A DNA stretch of 64,000 bases from an uncultured bacterium (GTDB taxonomy: Bacteria > Verrucomicrobiota > Verrucomicrobiia > Limisphaerales > UBA8199): NCBI GenBank assembly GCA_963749495.1, contig CAVVMW010000006.1:1152001-1216000 (forward strand), in the 5' to 3' direction. A model generated the notes under the pieces. It was not told where the DNA came from. It saw nothing but the letters and a program-made list of their open reading frames with translations, and did not search any database. Shown piece by piece: positions 1-11,282 of the stretch; position 1 is the first letter of the stretch; each line of letters begins with the position of its first letter. Position numbers and translations under genes: made by a program.

Positions 1-334
1 GGCGGTGAAGGGGCAGTCGCAACACCTCCACGAGCTTCCGTGAAATCAGATGACGGCGCTCTTCGGTGACGTTTCCTTTTCGCTCCTCGAATTGCGCCTT
101 GGCCAGGAGATAAATCCTGTCGCAACGAACCATCGTTTTCCAATCCAGTCCATCGGCTTCGTCGAGGGTTTCCTCGGTCGGCTTGGGCATCCGGTTCACC
201 CGGGCCGAAGTGCAGAGCAGGGCGTTGACTTCCTGGATGTCGGCGTTCTCACAAGTCTCATCGTTGGAGAGGATCACGGCTGGATGGCGCCTCTCCTTGC
301 TGAACGGAAACATGATGATGTCCCACTGTCTCAT
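1..334 (-). CDS. PemK/MazF-family toxin (3' end runs off window)
   Basis: Not in the ORF track. Manual translation from ATG 334: MRQWDIIMFPFSKERRHPAVILSNDETCENADIQEVNALLCTS...LDWKTMVRCDRIYLL...RKLVEVLRLP. RHPAVILSN and vRCDrI are MazF-like motifs; lies directly downstream of an antitoxin. Confidence 0.8.
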   Translation of the reverse strand, partial: MRQWDIIMFPFSKERRHPAVILSNDETCENADIQEVNALLCTSARVNRMPKPTEETLDEADGLDWKTMVRCDRIYLLAKAQFEERKGNVTEERRHLISRKLVEVLRLPLHR

Positions 335-340
335 CGGCCC

Positions 341-637
341 CTATTCAAGGTCCGCGGGGGGCCGAATCACCGAGGCCTTGGCCAGCTTGTGGTCTTCCTC
401 CATCTCGGCCTTGCTGTAGCAGTTGGCGAAGTAGCCCGGCGGCCGTATGGGGATGGGGTCAATGGGTGGAACGTGCTGCAGGAGAAAGCGATCCTGGCCC
501 CGCACGATGTACACGGCCTCGCCTTCGAGGGCCTTGTCCACCAACCGTCCCAGGTAGGTCTTGGCTTGGCTCAGCGCAAAACTGTCCGATTGGAGATTCG
601 CCCTGGGTCTTCGTCGCAAACGGCTGCCGGTTCTCAT
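341..637 (-). CDS. Phd/YefM-like antitoxin
   Basis: ALSQAKTYLGRLVDKALEGEAVYIVRG resembles the Phd N-terminal signature; 6 bp upstream of the toxin gene. Confidence 0.75.
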   Translation of the reverse strand: MRTGSRLRRRPRANLQSDSFALSQAKTYLGRLVDKALEGEAVYIVRGQDRFLLQHVPPIDPIPIRPPGYFANCYSKAEMEEDHKLAKASVIRPPADLE

Positions 638-726
638 AGGCTAATCATAGGCTGCTATCAGCCTGGTGTCCAAGGCTTTTTGGGCAAAGGCGTAAGGCCT
701 CAGTGAAGGCGGCCGTGTAGGGGCAG

Positions 727-872
727 ACCCCTCACCCCGGCCCTCGCCCTTTCCGAAGGGGAGAGGGAGAAGCGTCGGCGGTCTGTGGGAATTCCAGGCG
801 CGTCCGCTTGCTCAAGCCGCTGCCGAGGATTCTCCCTCTCCCCTCCGAGGGGAGAGGGCCGGGGTGAGGGGT
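727..872. repeat. Palindromic REP-like element (CCCCTCACCCCGGCCCTC...GAGGGCCGGGGTGAGGGG)
   Basis: Inverted termini with internal hairpins, visible directly. Confidence 0.8.
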
Positions 873-904
873 CCGCCTTCACTGACCGATTACGCGAAGG
901 CGAA

Positions 905-1016
905 GCCCGAGGGTTCTGGCGCCCCTGCAGGGCGCGGGGCCCGGGTTTGTGGCGAAACCCAGGGCATCGGCCTGACGGCCTCAGCCCTGGGCTAGGTTCT
1001 GGCGGCCCTTTGGGCC
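905..1016. repeat. REP-like element, CCCAGGGC/GCCCTGGG family
   Basis: Inverted near-copy at ~30752-30860 and related copy at ~31150-31243. Confidence 0.75.
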
Positions 1017-1023
1017 GCGGGGC

Positions 1024-2770
1024 TTACTTGAGCTCGAGCTTGACGTGGCGGCGTTCGAGGGTGGAGCCTTCGGCCTGGGCGAGCTTGGCCAGGCCGATGT
1101 TGTAGTTGGCCAGGGCCTGGATTTCGGCATAGCGCGCTGAGGTGAGGTCGCGCTGGGCGCTGAGGACCAGGAAGCTGGTGCTCTTGCCCTTTTCGAGTTT
1201 TGTCTGTTCGGCGTAGAGGGCGGCTTCGGCGTAGGTCCGGGCCTCGCGGGTGGCGTCAACGCGTTGGAAACTGGTCTGGGCGACGGCGATGGCATCTTCG
1301 ATCTGGATGAGGATGTTTTGTTGGAGCTGTTTGAGTTGGAGGGCGATCTGGTCCTTGGTGGCTCTGGCGGCCTTGTAGTTGTAGCGGGCGGAGATGTTGC
1401 CCAGGGGATAGGAGGCCTGGCCGCCGATGGTCCAGAAGGGGTTGTTGCGGCCGCCGACCTGGTCCAGGGCGTCATCGAAGTTCAAGCGGCTGGAGGCATT
1501 GTAGCCCGCGCTGCCGATCAGGTCTATTTCCGGGAACAACTGGTTCTTGGAGTATTTGACCATGTAGCCCTGTTTTTCGAGGGCGAGTTTCTGCTGGAGG
1601 AGGTCGGGTCTGAGGCTGATGCCTTTGCGCCAGCCTCTCCTGAAGGCTGAACCTTTCCGGCACAGCCACCAATTGCTCGATCGGCTGGACGGAAACATGC
1701 TCCCAATGGGAGTAATCGTCGCTCAGGAGGCTCTTGAGGGCCCGCTGGCTTGTGCTCTCGTCGCCCACGGCGCCGATCAGATCGGCCCGGCTGCCGGCCG
1801 CCTGGTACTCGGCCTGTTTTTCGTCCAGAGGGGCCAGGGAGCCGACCTGGACCTTTTTCTTGTTCTGCGCCACCAGTTCTTCGGCTAATTGGAGGGCCAG
1901 TTGCTGGACGCGGATGTTCTCCTGGGCAAAGATGAGGCTGAAGTAGGCCTGCTCGACGGCGGTGATGGAGTTGATGACCTGGGCGCGCAGGTCCAGTTCG
2001 GAGACCTTGACGTTGCTCTTGTCGATCAGGATCTGGAGGCGGTTGTTGTCGATCCAGAGATTGCGCAGGAGCGGCTGGCGCAGGCTGAACAGGCCGACGC
2101 CGCCGCTGACGCTCTCGAAGAAACTGCGCGTCGGCACGGTGGAATAGTTGGTCGAGAGAAAGCTGACGGTCTTGCCGGTGTTGATGTCGACGAAGCTGTT
2201 GGTGAAGACCTGTGCCGGCCCGATACCCGTGCCGGGTTGAGTGCCGTAGGTGTCCGAGACGCGCCCGCCCAGGCTATAGGCGGTGCCCCAGGGCAGCGTG
2301 CCGGAGAGGGCTGAGCTGAAGCTGTTGACATCGGCCTCGATGCCCCCGAAAGCTCGTCCGTACTGGTCCAGGCCGCCCGCCGACTTGGAGTAATCGTGCT
2401 CGCCGGAGAGCGAGAGGCTCGGGTCGAATACGCCGTAGGCCGCGCGGAGATTCAACAGGGAGAGATCGGGGTTGAGGCGATGGATCTGCACGTCGAGGTT
2501 GTGCTCCAGGGCCAGTTGGATGCAGTCCTCCAGCGAGAGCTTGCGGAGCTGGAGGGCATTGGTCTGCACCTGGGGCGCGGCCACTTGTGGCTGGGGCGCA
2601 TTGGTCTGCGCCTGCGGCGCAGCCGCCTGCGGCTGGGGCGCGTTGGTCTGCGCCTGGGGCGCAACCGCCTGCGGTTGGGGCGCATTGGTCTGCGCCTGGG
2701 GCGCAGTGGTTTGCGACAACACGGCCAGGGTAGCACCGGCCAGGACCAAACAGATTGCAAACAGTCTCAT
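1024..2770 (-). CDS. TolC-family outer membrane efflux protein (frameshift near 1634)
   Basis: Signal peptide, LSLEDCIQLALEHNLD and VEQAYFSL motifs. ORFs 1472..2770 and 1024..1698 join if one extra base is removed (SLQE-SWRKGISLRPDL). Confidence 0.9.
2557..2704 (-). repeat. About 3.5 x 42-bp coding tandem repeat (PQAQTNAPQPQAxA)
   Basis: Repeat visible in both DNA and protein immediately after the TolC signal peptide. Confidence 0.9.
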
Positions 2771-2908
2771 CGTGGGCGAAGTTTCAGGTTACGCTTCGGT
2801 CGGTGGAATAACACACCGCAGCCAGGAAGGTTTCAAGCTCTATTTTTCAGGCCCAGTCCGAACCCTGAATCCAGACAACCAACATTGGCACACTCATCCG
2901 CATCCTGG

Positions 2909-2990
2909 ACCTTTGTCGCAACCTTTGTCGCAACCTTTGTCGAAAGCCGGCACCGTTCGACAAAGGTAGCGACAAAGGATGCGACAAAGG
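2909..2990. repeat. Palindrome built of 12-bp units (CTTTGTCGCAAC)n...(GCGACAAAGG)n
   Basis: Direct observation; related copy at ~7745-7797. Confidence 0.8.
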
Positions 2991-3015
2991 AAGTGCGGCT
3001 TCTGCGTCGTTCCAA

Positions 3016-4029
3016 TTAGCTGGCAGCGGCACGTCTGAGCCGATCGGCCAGGGCAGACCACTCTTCGGTCTGAGGCAGGGCTTCGACAATGATGCACTGT
3101 GCCCCTGCCTCGTCGCTCCGGTGCAACTCGGCATAGAGGGCGCGGGCAAAGGCCGGCGGGTCGCGAGGCAGGACGCTCACCCGGCCGAAGGGCCTGGCCG
3201 AGGGGATTCGCGTATGGGCGATGACGTGGATTCTGGAGCTTTGGACTCCGAGGTTCGAGCCTCGGGCCCTCAACTCCTGCTCATTGCGCCAATGCCAGAG
3301 GAGCAGCCTGGCCCGCGGGGCGTAGTGCCTGCGCAACTGGCCGGGGCTCTTGAGCACGGCGCCGCCTGGCGCGGGGCCCAGCGCCAGGCGGCCGGTTACG
3401 GCCAGGAGCGCCTCCTGGTGGACCATGCCGGGGCGCAACAGCCGCGGCGGACAGACCGAGAGGTCCAGGACGGTCGATTCGATGCCGACCTTGGATTGGC
3501 CGCCATCGACGATGAGGGGGATCTTGTCTCCCAGGTCTTTGGAGACGTGCTCGGCGCGGGTGGGTGAGAGGCGGTTTGAGCGGTTGGCGCTCGGGGCGGC
3601 CAGCGGAAAGCCGCACTCTCGAATCACCGCCTCGATGAGCGGGTGGCTGGGCCAGCGCACGCCGACGGTCGGCCCGCCGGCGGTGACGATCGGGGGGATT
3701 GCCTGGGCGCGCGGCAACACCAGGGTGAGGGGCCCCGGCCAAAAGGCCCTGGCCAGCTTGCCGGCCGCCGCGGTCCACTGCGCTACGCACTCCCGCGCCA
3801 TGGCGATGGAGGCGACGTGGACGATGATGGGATTATGGGCCGGGCGGCCTTTGGCCTGGTAAATGCGCTCGACGGCGCTCGAGTCCAGGGCATTTGCGGC
3901 CAGGCCATAAACGGTCTCGGTCGGCAGGGCCACGACCTGGCCGGCGCGCAGGAGTGCCGCCGCGCGCTGCACGGCGGCCGCGAACAATTCCGGCGTGTCG
4001 GTCGCCAGGATTTTGGCACGGGAGTCCAT
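3016..4029 (-). CDS. sua5: L-threonylcarbamoyladenylate synthase (Sua5 type)
   Basis: PTETVYGLAANA, KGRPAHNPIIVH, FWPGPLTLVL, APSAN and SPGQLRRHYAP motifs plus SUA5 C-terminal domain. Confidence 0.95.
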   Translation of the reverse strand: MDSRAKILATDTPELFAAAVQRAAALLRAGQVVALPTETVYGLAANALDSSAVERIYQAKGRPAHNPIIVHVASIAMARECVAQWTAAAGKLARAFWPGPLTLVLPRAQAIPPIVTAGGPTVGVRWPSHPLIEAVIRECGFPLAAPSANRSNRLSPTRAEHVSKDLGDKIPLIVDGGQSKVGIESTVLDLSVCPPRLLRPGMVHQEALLAVTGRLALGPAPGGAVLKSPGQLRRHYAPRARLLLWHWRNEQELRARGSNLGVQSSRIHVIAHTRIPSARPFGRVSVLPRDPPAFARALYAELHRSDEAGAQCIIVEALPQTEEWSALADRLRRAAAS

Positions 4030-4042
4030 GGGCTCTCCCGGC

Positions 4043-5259
4043 TCACTCGTATCTCAGGGCGTCGATGGGGTCGAGGCGGGAGGCCTTGCGGGCCGGGTAG
4101 AGGCCGAAGACGACGCCGACGGCGGCGCTGAAGGAGAAGGCATAGACCAGCCACTCGGAGGGGATGAGGGTGGGCCAGCCTTTGCTGACGGTCAGCGCCC
4201 TGGAGAAGGCGACGCCGCCGACGATGCCGACCAGGCCGCCAATGGCGCTGAGGGTCACGGCCTCGGTCAGGAATTGGAGGAGGATGTCGCGCGCGCGGGC
4301 GCCGATGGCCATGCGGATGCCGATCTCGCGGGTGCGCTCCGTCACGCTGACGAGCATGATGTTCATGATGCCGATGCCGCCGACGACCAGCGAGACGCCG
4401 GCAATGGCGGCGAGCAGGACGGTCATGGTCTTGGACTGGGCGGTGACGACCTCGGCGATTTCCTGCTGGGTGCGGACGGTGAAATCGTCGTCCTTTTCGG
4501 GGGTGATGCGGTGGCGCTGGCGCAGGAGCTCAACGATCTGTTGCTGGACGGAGGCGAGCATCGAGGGTGTGGCGGCCTGGACCAGCATGTTGCGCAGGGT
4601 GGTGACTTTCTGGACGCGTTTCATGGCGCTGGTATAAGGGATGATGACCAGATCGTCCTGGTCCTGCCCCTGGACGGACATGCCCTTGGCCAGGAGCACA
4701 CCAACGACGACGAAGGGGACGTTCTTGACCCGCAGGATCTGGCCCAGCGGGTCTTCGCCCGGGAACATCTGGTCGGCGATGGTCTTGCCAATGACAGCGA
4801 CCTTGTTGGCGCTGCGGACGTCCTGGCCGGAGAAGGGCCCGCCTGAAACGACGGGCCACTGGCGGATTTCGAAGTACTCGGGGCCCTCGCCTTGAATGCG
4901 CGTGGACCAGTTCTGGTTGCCGGCGGCGATTTGGGCGCCGCTCTGAATTTCCGGGCAGACGCGCACCACGCCGGTGACCTCGCGCTGGATGGCCTCGGCG
5001 TCCTCGATCGTGAGAGTGCCGGCCCCGCCCCAGCCGGTGCGGGCCCCGGAGCGGTTCATGCTGCCGGACCAGACCAGGACCACGTTCTGGCCCATGCTGG
5101 CGATCTGGGCCTCGATTTGGGCCTTGGCGCCGTAACCCAGGCTCACGGTGGCGATGACGGCGGCGACGCCGATGATCATGCCCAGGGTGGTCAGGAGGGT
5201 GCGCAAGGGGTTGCGGCGCAGGGCGCGCAAGGCGATTTTGAGAGTGGCGATGATTCGCA

Positions 5260-5263
<4 letters not shown>
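4043..5263 (-). CDS. MacB-like ABC transporter permease
   Basis: TLGMIIGVAAVI, GGIGIMNIMLVSVTERTREIGIRMAIGA and PARKASRLDPIDALRYE motifs. Confidence 0.95.
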
Positions 5264-6021
<758 letters not shown>

Positions 6022-6066
6022 CGCGGTCTGTGCGTGTTCATCGGTGGTTGAAGCGTCGGCCTCGGA

Positions 6067-7452
6067 TCAGAACCTGCGGGGACCGCCGCCGCCGAAGGGA
6101 TTGGCGGGCGGGCCGCCCGGCCGGGCGGCAGCCGTCTCGGTCGAAAGGATGCCGATGACGACCTGCTGGCCTTCTTCGAGTCCTTCGACGACTTCGGTCG
6201 AGATGCCGTCGTTGATGCCGACTTTGATCTGGACCGGCTTGAGCTTGACAGGCTCCTTTTGTTTGCTGTCGGGCTTGTCAGCCATGACATAGACGGTTCG
6301 AATGAGTTGGCGTTCGGGGCGGGGCTGGGCGCCGGGCGGGCGGGCGTCGGAGCCCGGGCCGCGTTCGCCGCGGCGGCCGCCACCGGGGCCACCCGGTCCG
6401 AAGCCGCCGCCGGGTCCGCCGGGTCCGCCGGGGCGAAAACCGCCGCCGCGTCCGCCGGCCTCGGCGCTGGAGCGTCCACCCTGGGCCGCCAGTTGCGGGG
6501 GAGCGTTGGTCCGGGGGGGCAGGTCGGGCGGGCGAAAGCGCAAGGCGGCATTGGGGACCTTCAGGGCCTTGGCGCGTTCGGCGATGACGATGGAGACATT
6601 GGCGGTCATGCCGGGGAGCAGTTTTCTGTCCGGGTTGCTCACCTCGATGACGCAGTCATAGTTGATGACGTTCTGGTTGGTGATGGCGCCGTAGCGGATC
6701 TGGCTGACCTTGCCGACGAAGGTTCGGTAGGGGTATGCGTCCACGGTGAAGTTGACGTGCTGGCCTTCGGCGACCCCGCCGATGTCCGCCTCCGAGACCA
6801 GGGCATCGATCTGCATCTTGGTCAGGTCGCCGGCCAACTGGAAGAGGGTCGGCGTGTTGAAACTGGCGGCCACGGTCTGGCCGACGTTGACGTTGCGGGA
6901 GATGACGACGCCGTCCACCGGGGCGAAGATGGTGCAGCGGGACAGGTCCACATTGCCGTTGGCGAGGTTGGCCTGGGCGGATTGGACCTGGGCCTTGCCC
7001 TGGAGCAATTGCGCGTGGGCGGTGTCGTAGTCCGAATCGGAGATCAGCCGGTTGGTATGGAGCGATTCCGCCCGCTCGGCCTGGACCTGGGCCAGGGCCA
7101 GATTGGCCTTGGCATTGGCCAAGTCGGCCTCCAGCTTCATCACAGCAACCTTGTATGTGTCAGGTTCGATTTCGGCGATGACCTGGTTGGATTTGACGAC
7201 GGAATTGAAGTCCACGTAAAGCTTGTTTATCCGGCCTGAAATCTGGCTCCCGACCTGGACGTTCACGACGGGGTCCAACTGGCCGGTCGCGGTAACCACC
7301 TGCGTGAGGTCGCCCCGCATCACCGGGACGGTCTGATAGTCGAGCGGAGGCTCGCCTCGGCTTTTCCAGTACCACGCCCCGCCGCCGATTGCGGCCGTGA
7401 GCACGGGAACCATGACGAGTTTCTTCCAGCGCAATTTGCTTTGAGTTGCCAT
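6067..7452 (-). CDS. MacA-like periplasmic adaptor subunit
   Basis: VGSQISGRI, APVDGVVISRNVNVGQTVAAS and LLPGMTANV motifs. Start moved to MATQSKLR because the upstream extension runs through a repeat element. Confidence 0.92.
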   Translation of the reverse strand: MATQSKLRWKKLVMVPVLTAAIGGGAWYWKSRGEPPLDYQTVPVMRGDLTQVVTATGQLDPVVNVQVGSQISGRINKLYVDFNSVVKSNQVIAEIEPDTYKVAVMKLEADLANAKANLALAQVQAERAESLHTNRLISDSDYDTAHAQLLQGKAQVQSAQANLANGNVDLSRCTIFAPVDGVVISRNVNVGQTVAASFNTPTLFQLAGDLTKMQIDALVSEADIGGVAEGQHVNFTVDAYPYRTFVGKVSQIRYGAITNQNVINYDCVIEVSNPDRKLLPGMTANVSIVIAERAKALKVPNAALRFRPPDLPPRTNAPPQLAAQGGRSSAEAGGRGGGFRPGGPGGPGGGFGPGGPGGGRRGERGPGSDARPPGAQPRPERQLIRTVYVMADKPDSKQKEPVKLKPVQIKVGINDGISTEVVEGLEEGQQVVIGILSTETAAARPGGPPANPFGGGGPRRF

Positions 7453-7577
7453 AAATCGGGTCGGGCCAGTTAAGGCGCCCATCAACAAGACCGCGATTCT
7501 ACCCCCAAGGTTACCACGGCGGCAACCACGGAGTTGCCGGGGGGGGGGCGGGGGACGAGAGGGCCGTTGACAAAGTT

Positions 7578-7712
7578 GTAGCGCAGGTTTCCAAACCTGC
7601 CGTATCGCCGATTTCCAATCGGCAGGGCGTCGGCATGTCGAGCGCCCCCGGTTTGCGGACGGCCTGCGGGTTTGGAAACCCGCGAGACAGCAGGTTTGGA
7701 AACCTGCGCTAC
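7578..7712. repeat. REPIN-like element (GTAGCGCAGGTTTCCAAACCTGC...GCAGGTTTGGAAACCTGCGCTAC)
   Basis: 135-bp palindromic unit; near-identical inverted copy at 35107-35241 and a variant at 41991-42106. Confidence 0.9.
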
Positions 7713-7964
7713 GCTGGCGCCCCTGGCGCACAGGCGCGCTGAGCGACTTTGTCTCCGGCTGAGCTCGACAAAGGTCGCGACAAAGGCTGCGACAAAGATC
7801 CCAAAGTCATCCAGAGTCGGGTGCAGTGGGGCGTTGCCCTGGGCTGGGATGAATGACGCCGTTGGCGTCGCAAGATCCGGCGGGCTTTCGTCACAAAGGC
7901 TGTCCAGGAACCCAGATACGCACTGGCTGGGACCCGATCGATGCCGCCGCATCAGGCCGCCTCT

Positions 7965-8052
7965 TCGTTTCCTTGGTTCCCTTCTGTTCTGTTCCTGTGC
8001 CCAGCCGGCGGGACGCAGGAAAAAAACAGAAGGAAACGAAGGAAACGAAGGA
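7965..8052. repeat. Palindromic element with (GAAGGAAAC)n arms
   Basis: CTTCGTTTCCTTGGTTCCCTTCTGTT ... AACAGAAGGAAACGAAGGAAACGAAG. Confidence 0.65.
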
Positions 8053-8064
8053 ACCCTCTCAGCC

Positions 8065-8742
8065 TCACTGGAAAAACTCCCGCCCGCGCCAGATCTGGAA
8101 CCAGCCGGTGTCCGAGTTCATCTCGACGAAGACGAACTCCTTGGCGGTGTTGCCGCCGCCGATGTCGGCGTCCCGCCAATAATCCCAATACTCGAGCTTG
8201 AGGGGGGAGACCTTGCCCGGGGCGGCCTTGCCATCGGGCGTCGTGGCGCCCACGACGAGCACCGCCGCCTGGTAGGACTCGCGCAGGTCGTTGACCCGTT
8301 TGAAGGTGTCCTTGGCGCCCGACGGGTCGTCGGTCACCTCGAAGATCCCGGTGCTGTCCTTGAGGACATCCAGAAAGTCCTGGGCAAAGGCGAACTCGTC
8401 GTAGAGCCGGAGCAACAGGGCGTCCTGCCCGCCGGCCGGGTTGGGCACCACCCGCACTCGGGCCGTGAGCACGTCGTTCGCATCGAGTGATTTCGCATTG
8501 ACTCCGCGCAGGACGTAATCGGTGAACCGGAATTCCTGGCCGCCGATCTGGCGGTTGTATTCGCGGATCTCGTTCACGCTGAAATCACGGTTGGCGAAGT
8601 CGGCCCCGTTGGCAAACGCCACGGGCACGGCCGAGCCGATGCGCAGATCCAGGGGGTTGCCAAAGGCAAGACCCGCGCCGTTGCCGCCGCGGATTCGCGC
8701 CAGGAACATTTCCCACAGAGTCTTGCCTTTGTCCGGTTCCAT
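8065..8742 (-). CDS. Hypothetical protein (DUF2491/DUF4178-like)
   Basis: Protein-like ORF in an operon with DUF350; aromatic-rich C-terminus LEYWDYWR...FVEM...WFQIWRG. Family is a guess. Confidence 0.6.
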   Translation of the reverse strand: MEPDKGKTLWEMFLARIRGGNGAGLAFGNPLDLRIGSAVPVAFANGADFANRDFSVNEIREYNRQIGGQEFRFTDYVLRGVNAKSLDANDVLTARVRVVPNPAGGQDALLLRLYDEFAFAQDFLDVLKDSTGIFEVTDDPSGAKDTFKRVNDLRESYQAAVLVVGATTPDGKAAPGKVSPLKLEYWDYWRDADIGGGNTAKEFVFVEMNSDTGWFQIWRGREFFQ

Positions 8743-8753
8743 AAAAGCTCCGC

Positions 8754-9002
8754 TCAGCTCCCGCCGCCCAGGATGGCGGAGACGACGCGGGCGATGACGT
8801 GGCAGAGGCCGAGGATAAAGGCGCCCATGACGATGGCCAGGGCCACGTTGCCCTTGTTGAGCAGGTCGCTGAAGTCGAGCTTGGGCGTCAGCTTGTCGAA
8901 GGTGATGTAGCCCAACACGATCAGGAGGATGGCCACGATGCCGAACGCGACCGTCGCCAGGAGGTCGCCCAGGAAGTAGTCGGGCAGATGGAGCAGTTGC
9001 AT
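8754..9002 (-). CDS. DUF350-family small membrane protein
   Basis: Two TM segments around FDKLTPKLDF...KGNVALAIV. Confidence 0.85.
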   Translation of the reverse strand: MQLLHLPDYFLGDLLATVAFGIVAILLIVLGYITFDKLTPKLDFSDLLNKGNVALAIVMGAFILGLCHVIARVVSAILGGGS

Positions 9003-9035
9003 GGAGTCAGTGTGTGTGAGTGAACGGAACCAGAT

Positions 9036-10119
9036 TCAGGTTGCGGTTTGCCAGCGTTTGAACCAAATCAGCCAGATGAAGAAGGCGCAGAGCGTCGCGG
9101 CCAACGGGACGCCCAAGACCCAGAAGGCGGCCACCCCCAGAGCAGTCGGGCGGTTGCTGTAGGCGGTGGCCACGAAGCGGTCCGAGTACATCAGGTCCCG
9201 GTCCAGCCCAGTGGGCGCGTATCCCGGATTGCGCGGCGTTTGCTGGGCCTCGAGACTGTTCGACGCGCTCCTCGAGCTGCCGGTCGTTGGCGACCAGCGC
9301 CTGGTAGCGCGCCGGGTCCATGTCATACCGATGATGGTAGGCCCACCACGCGTGGTCCTCGATCGAGCGATCCAGCAGCCACCACCAGAACAGGTTGCTG
9401 TAGGGGTCCTGATAGATCACCACCGGACGCGTGTAGTAAGACCCGAAGATCGTTCGCACCCGCCCCGGCCGCGTCACGATGACCTGCGTGTCCGGGACAA
9501 ATACCCGCTGGCGATAGGCGTTGTCGCTGCGGATAATCGGCGGCGGCTTGCCCTGGTAAGAGTAAGCGGGCGCGCTCGAGGCGTCCGACGGGGACCGGGA
9601 CTGGCCCTCTTTGAACCGGTTGAAATCGCGCCGGCTGGCCTCTTCCTGTTTGGCTCGAGCGGCGGCGGTATCGAAGGACATACCGCCCGGTTTCGAGAGC
9701 GGCTGCGGCTGTGCCTGGCGGGGGGCCGCGGCGGGGCTGGCGCGCCGGCCCTCCCGGTCCCCGCTGGAACCCGAACCAAACAGGCCACCCCCGCCGGAGC
9801 TGTAGCTCTTGCCGGAGCTGTAACCGTGCCGGTTGCCGTCACTCCACGTCGAGCCGGAGGAATAACTCTTGCCCCCGCCCGAGCCGAAGCTCTTGCTGCC
9901 GGAGCCGGAACTGTGGCCGCTGCCCGACCCAAAGCTGTGGCCGCTGCTCGACCCAAAGCTGTGGCTGCTGCTCGACCCGAAGCTGTGGCTGCTCGATGAG
10001 GAAGAATAGCTGTGCCCGGAGCCGCTGCTGTAGCCCTTGGCCTGGCTGCTCCAGGGGCAGCCCGCCACCAGAAGCGCCGCCGCCGCCAGCCAAATCATTG
10101 TTCGCGTCAGGTACTTCAT
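9036..10119 (-). CDS. Gly/Ser-rich exported membrane-anchored protein (frameshift near 9256)
   Basis: Signal peptide MKYLTR..., SSHSFGSS repeats; the reading continues into the 9036..9326 frame ending in a TM helix (EERVEQ-LEAQQ). Confidence 0.75.
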
Positions 10120-10280
10120 CGCCGGTTCCTCGCGCATCATGCCACGGCTTTGGGAAATGACTATTACTTTTTGCCGGGCGATTTGTAGCCCAGGGCTTGA
10201 CCCGCGCCGGTGACGACATCATTTTTTAGTCTAACGCCATGGCGCTTGAAAATGGCGCAGGCGCCGGTTAGGATTTGGAG

Positions 10281-10649
10281 ATGAGTATATTCAAGGTCAG
10301 CGTGGTGGCACGCAACACCAAAGACGAGAGCCTGGTCAGCCCGCCGACCCAGGTGGTGGTGGACACGGGCTCGGAACTGACTTGGCTGCCCAAAGACCTG
10401 CTGGCCCAAATCAAAGTGGCGCCCGTCCGCAAAAGCAGTTTTGCCACGGCCACCAACCAGCTCGTGACCCGTGAAACCGGCTACGCCATCCTCAGGGCGG
10501 AGGGATTCGAAACCGTGGACGAAGTCGTGTTCGCGGAACCGAGCAACCTGGCGCTTCTGGGCGTGCGAACGCTGGAAGGCTTTGGCGTGATGGTGGACAA
10601 CATTGCCCATCGGTTTGTGGCCACGACCAGGCTGGTCGCCGCCATCTGA
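10281..10649 (+). CDS. Retropepsin-like (clan AA) aspartyl protease
   Basis: VVDTGSELTWLP and ALLGVRTLEGFG motifs; GGAG immediately before ATG. Confidence 0.85.
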   Translation: MSIFKVSVVARNTKDESLVSPPTQVVVDTGSELTWLPKDLLAQIKVAPVRKSSFATATNQLVTRETGYAILRAEGFETVDEVVFAEPSNLALLGVRTLEGFGVMVDNIAHRFVATTRLVAAI

Positions 10650-10762
10650 GGGATGCTCCCCTCCTCCAGTAGTTCTTGGCTGGGATGGCGTCAGTGAAGA
10701 AGCGCCGGAGCACGCGGACATCAAGGCGAAGGTCCGTTGGCATGCTTGGTAGTCAAGCGAAT

Positions 10763-10803
10763 GCCCCCATAGCTCAAATGGATAGAGCGGCGGTTTCCTA
10801 AAC
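10763..10803 (+). repeat. 41-bp exact copy of the 5' half of tRNA-Arg(CCT); att-like
   Basis: GCCCCCATAGCTCAAATGGATAGAGCGGCGGTTTCCTAAAC is identical to 11283-11323. Confidence 0.95.
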
Positions 10804-10805
10804 GT

Positions 10806-10904
10806 TTAGATCTGCCAGGTGCAACGCACCGATGCCCATTGCTCACGCGGGAGTGCTCGGAAATTACGCCAGAACTGAGGTTGAGCAACGTAGCGATAGG
10901 CCAT
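10806..10904 (-). pseudogene. Truncated RelE/ParE-like toxin (32 aa)
   Basis: MAYRYVAQPQFWRNFRALPREQWASVRCTWQI*; TGATG-coupled to the upstream small ORF; stops at the tRNA fragment. Confidence 0.6.
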
Positions 10905-11140
10905 CACGCCGGCGGTTGGTCAAAGTGCTCGTCTCGCATCTCGATTCCCCGTCCATCCTCGGCTTCCTCAAAACCGGTCCAAACGTCCTCAGGCACCTCG
11001 GGATGGGCTAGCCTGCGCAAATGGCGTTCCAGCACCTTCAGCGCGCCCGGGGACAACTCCCTCATCGCAGTGCGAATGATTTGAGCGCGTTCCGCCTCTG
11101 GAAGGGCTTTTAACTCGTGTTCCAGCGTGCTCGCCGTCAT
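10904..11140 (-). CDS. Putative antitoxin (addiction-module-component-like)
   Basis: LEHELKALPEAERAQI N-terminus and acidic C-terminus FEEAEDGRGI; precedes the toxin fragment. Confidence 0.6.
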   Translation of the reverse strand: MTASTLEHELKALPEAERAQIIRTAMRELSPGALKVLERHLRRLAHPEVPEDVWTGFEEAEDGRGIEMRDEHFDQPPA

Positions 11141-11282
11141 GTGCCGAATATGGCGGAACGATGCCCGATTTGCAAGCTTGCCGTAGCGGGCCTCGACCCG
11201 TCTCCTCCAGGCTTCCGTGCTTGACCGGCCCGCGATCCGTGCCAGACTCTTTCACCGGAAAGCGGTTCGCTGTTCGGGCTGC

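Noticed and set aside
7453..7731. N-terminal extension of the efflux adaptor ORF (likewise 41976-42227 and 61743-61817)
   Set aside because: These are read-through of repeat elements; better starts lie downstream at the family N-terminus.
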